Of a stretch of 24,933 nt of DNA, positions 22,622 through 24,933 are shown piece by piece. This DNA comes from an uncultured Oscillospiraceae bacterium (GTDB lineage Bacteria; Bacillota; Clostridia; Christensenellales; Aristaeellaceae): contig CAYRPW010000002.1 of assembly GCA_964426145.1 (NCBI GenBank), positions 1 through 24,933 on the forward strand, read 5' to 3'. Under the pieces are notes generated by a model. The model ran no database searches, had not been told where the DNA came from, and saw only the letters and a program-made list of their open reading frames with translations. Position 1 is the first letter of the stretch, and every line of letters starts with the position of its first letter. The translations under genes and the position numbers were made by a program.

Positions 22622-24933
22622 ATGAAAACGTTTGAGGCGTTGCGGAGGGCGATCTTTGTGTTTGCGCTGCTTGCCTTGCTGCTTGCGCCTTTCTTCGCAT
22701 CATGCGCCGAACCCGCCGTTTTTGAAGCCGAAAGCGGCGCGCTGCTGGGCAACGCGACGCTGGGCAGCGCCGGGGGCGTTCAATACGCGGAAAACCTGCG
22801 GGCGGACGGCGACGGCGTGGATATCCCCGTCACCGTTGCCACGGACGGCTTTTACGACCTCACGGTGCGGCAGGCAAGCGTAGACGGCAGCTACAAGGAA
22901 AACTACGTAAACGTCGACGGCGCGATGGCGGGCACGGTCAGCATTCAGGGCACGGCCTTTGCCGACACGGTGCTGGAACGCCTGTACCTCGCACAGGGAA
23001 CCCACATTGTTTCCATCCGGAAATACTGGGGCTGGGTCAAGATCGATTATGTTTCGCTGTCCGCCTCCCCGCCGCTCAGAGAGGGGCTGTTCCAAATCGA
23101 GCCGCAGCTTGTGAATCGGAACGCATCCGCCAATGCGCGCCGCCTGATGAATTATCTGTGCGATATCTACGGCACGAAAATCCTCTCGGGCCAGTACTGC
23201 GACGGCGGGATGTTCGGCATGGAAAACGCCGCCATCTGGCGCGCAACGGGCGGCAAATTTCCCGCGGTGCTCGGGCTGGACCTGATCGACTATTCCCCCT
23301 CCCGCGTGGAAAACGGCAGCGTTTCCAAGGCGACGGAGTACGCGGCAGAATACTGGAACGCGGGCGGCATCGTGACCCTGACCTGGCACTGGAACGCGCC
23401 GGCAAAGTATCTCACCGGCATCTGGTACAAGGGCTTTTATACCGATCAGACCAACATCAACCTCGCCGCCATCATGAACGGAAACGATGCCGAGGGCTAC
23501 GCGCTGCTGCTTTCGGATATCGACGCGATCGCAGAGCAGCTGAAGGTTTTGCAGGCCGCGGATGTGCCCGTGCTGTGGCGGCCGCTGCACGAGGCAAGCG
23601 GCGGGTGGTTCTGGTGGGGCGCGCAGGGGAGCGAAGCCTATGTGCGGCTCTACCGGCTGCTGTACGACCGGCTGACCAATCTGCACGGCCTCGATAACCT
23701 GATCTGGGTGTGGAACGGGCAGGACGCCGCCTGGTACCCGGGCGACGACGTGGTGGATATCATCGGCGAGGACATTTACCCCGGCGAGCGCGTGTATACG
23801 CCGCAAACCGCACGGTTTATCAAGGCCACGCAGTATACGGATGCCAGCAAGCTGATCGTCCTTTCCGAAAACGGCTGTTTGTTCGACCCCGACCTTGCCC
23901 TGCGCGACGGCGCCATGTGGGGGCTGTTTTGCACCTGGGGCGGCGAGTTCGTGCTGGAAAACCGGGCGTTCAACGATCTGTCCGAGCAGTACACCGAGGC
24001 GGCCATGGTGCGCAAGGTGTACGAAAGCGATCTGGTGATCACCCGCGCCGATCTGCCCGATCTGAAAACCTACCCCCTGCCGGAAGTTGCCGCGGAACCC
24101 GCGCAGACCGGGGAAACCGCCGCGCAAACCGCTTCCGGTTCTGCGGACAAAACGATGGCGGAGTACCTGGACCTCGTCAGCACCTATTCCATCGATAATT
24201 CGGTACCTGAATACCCGCAGTACGCAAGCGGCGCGCAATCCGGCGGCGCGCAGCCCGCAATCGAGATCGCGGCGAACGCGTATGTCCGCTACGAGGAGGA
24301 TGGCAGAACCGTTTACCCTATCCTGATGACCGGCTACGAAGGGATGAACGGCACCGCCGTGCTGACGGGCGAGGACGCGCTGATTGCTTACCATGTGTCC
24401 GTCCCGCAAAACGGCTGGTACGACATCTCCCTCACCTATTTCCCCGTGGAGGGGAAAAACGCCGCCATCCAGCGCGCGGTGCTGATCGACGGAACGCTTC
24501 CCTGCAAGGAACTGGCGCTGGTGGAGTTCCGCCGCGTTTGGGCGAACACCGAGCTTTTGCCTTCCCCGGATTCCAACGGCGTTTCCGTGATCGCCTGGAC
24601 GAAGGATAACCAGGGCAACGAGCTGAAACCCTCGCCGTTTGAAACGCCCGTGTGGATGACGTCCAAGCTGTACGACCAGAACGGCTATATCGCCGAGCCC
24701 CTGTCCGTGTACCTGACGGCGGGCGAGCATACGCTCACGCTTCTGTCGCTGCGCGAGCCGATGCTTCTGTATAGCATCACTTTGGGCGGGCGGGAGGAGA
24801 CCCTTTCCTATGCGGCCGTCAAGGCCGAAGCGGACGCCGCGGGCGCGAAGGATACTGCCGGGCAATCGGTCCGCATCGAGGCGGAAAACGCAGTGCGCAC
24901 ATCCTCCCAGATGCTCTACCCCAGGCAGGAGCA
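22622..24933 (+). CDS. Signal peptide - CBM35-like - GH26 beta-mannanase - linker - large ABC solute-binding-protein-like N-terminal module (runs off right edge)
   Basis: Not in the ORF track. Manual translation shows no stop in this frame from 22622 to the window end (>770 codons). CBM35-like FEAE...KYWGWVKIDY; GH26 motifs ILSGQ, WHWNAP, WRPLHEASGGWFWWG (acid/base Glu at 23591) and LSENG (nucleophile Glu at 23867). After about 24155 the sequence reads YSIDNSVPEY, YFPVEGKNAAIQR, KDNQGNELKP, GEHTLTLLSLREPM and IEAENAVRTSSQMLYP. Confidence 0.9.
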   Translation, partial: MKTFEALRRAIFVFALLALLLAPFFASCAEPAVFEAESGALLGNATLGSAGGVQYAENLRADGDGVDIPVTVATDGFYDLTVRQASVDGSYKENYVNVDGAMAGTVSIQGTAFADTVLERLYLAQGTHIVSIRKYWGWVKIDYVSLSASPPLREGLFQIEPQLVNRNASANARRLMNYLCDIYGTKILSGQYCDGGMFGMENAAIWRATGGKFPAVLGLDLIDYSPSRVENGSVSKATEYAAEYWNAGGIVTLTWHWNAPAKYLTGIWYKGFYTDQTNINLAAIMNGNDAEGYALLLSDIDAIAEQLKVLQAADVPVLWRPLHEASGGWFWWGAQGSEAYVRLYRLLYDRLTNLHGLDNLIWVWNGQDAAWYPGDDVVDIIGEDIYPGERVYTPQTARFIKATQYTDASKLIVLSENGCLFDPDLALRDGAMWGLFCTWGGEFVLENRAFNDLSEQYTEAAMVRKVYESDLVITRADLPDLKTYPLPEVAAEPAQTGETAAQTASGSADKTMAEYLDLVSTYSIDNSVPEYPQYASGAQSGGAQPAIEIAANAYVRYEEDGRTVYPILMTGYEGMNGTAVLTGEDALIAYHVSVPQNGWYDISLTYFPVEGKNAAIQRAVLIDGTLPCKELALVEFRRVWANTELLPSPDSNGVSVIAWTKDNQGNELKPSPFETPVWMTSKLYDQNGYIAEPLSVYLTAGEHTLTLLSLREPMLLYSITLGGREETLSYAAVKAEADAAGAKDTAGQSVRIEAENAVRTSSQMLYPRQE

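Noticed and set aside
24155-24157. Independent start of the solute-binding module at the ATG at 24155
   Set aside because: No upstream in-frame stop, no convincing SD, and no signal peptide after this Met. An internal start cannot be fully excluded.
22700-24865. 721-aa minus-strand ORF in the track
   Set aside because: Antisense shadow of the GH26 fusion gene. It has no recognisable motifs, and long antisense frames are expected with GC-rich codon bias.
1-24933. Mobile elements, CRISPR arrays, tRNA/rRNA or defence systems
   Set aside because: I saw no transposase, integrase or cas motifs, no regularly spaced repeat-spacer units and no tRNA-like cloverleaf. AT-rich tracts are confined to intergenic promoter regions.

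Overview
GC-rich bacterial chromosomal window, standard genetic code. It is probably from a Firmicute of the Clostridia type, inferred from the gene families and the sigmaA-like promoters with strong SD sites. I saw no rRNA, tRNA, CRISPR array or mobile element. Left to right: the 5' end of a DegT-family sugar aminotransferase (cut by the window edge); an SPL/Rv2578c-like radical SAM protein; a secreted ComEC-type MBL hydrolase; a TetR gene divergent from two flavodoxin-like genes, with two matching operator palindromes; a VTC-domain/DUF4956/CotH operon head-to-head with a DLT-like acyl-transfer operon (MBOAT, orphan DHHW N-terminal module, ACP, adenylation enzyme, fold-III PLP decarboxylase, GNAT); a separately promoted unit (DHHW lipoprotein, triple-repeat lipoprotein, BspA-type LRR protein, SMP-30 lactonase); a large GT-C-like membrane protein divergent from a GGDEF cyclase; and an ORF absent from the supplied track that runs off the right edge. 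That last ORF joins a CBM35-GH26 beta-mannanase in frame to what looks like the N-terminus of a giant ABC solute-binding protein. Best candidates for new biology: (1) the DLT-like pathway with an on-carrier decarboxylase, a GNAT and an apparently split DHHW transferase; (2) the mannanase/solute-binding-protein fusion; (3) the VTC-DUF4956-CotH module. All family calls come from motif recognition by eye; no database search was run.
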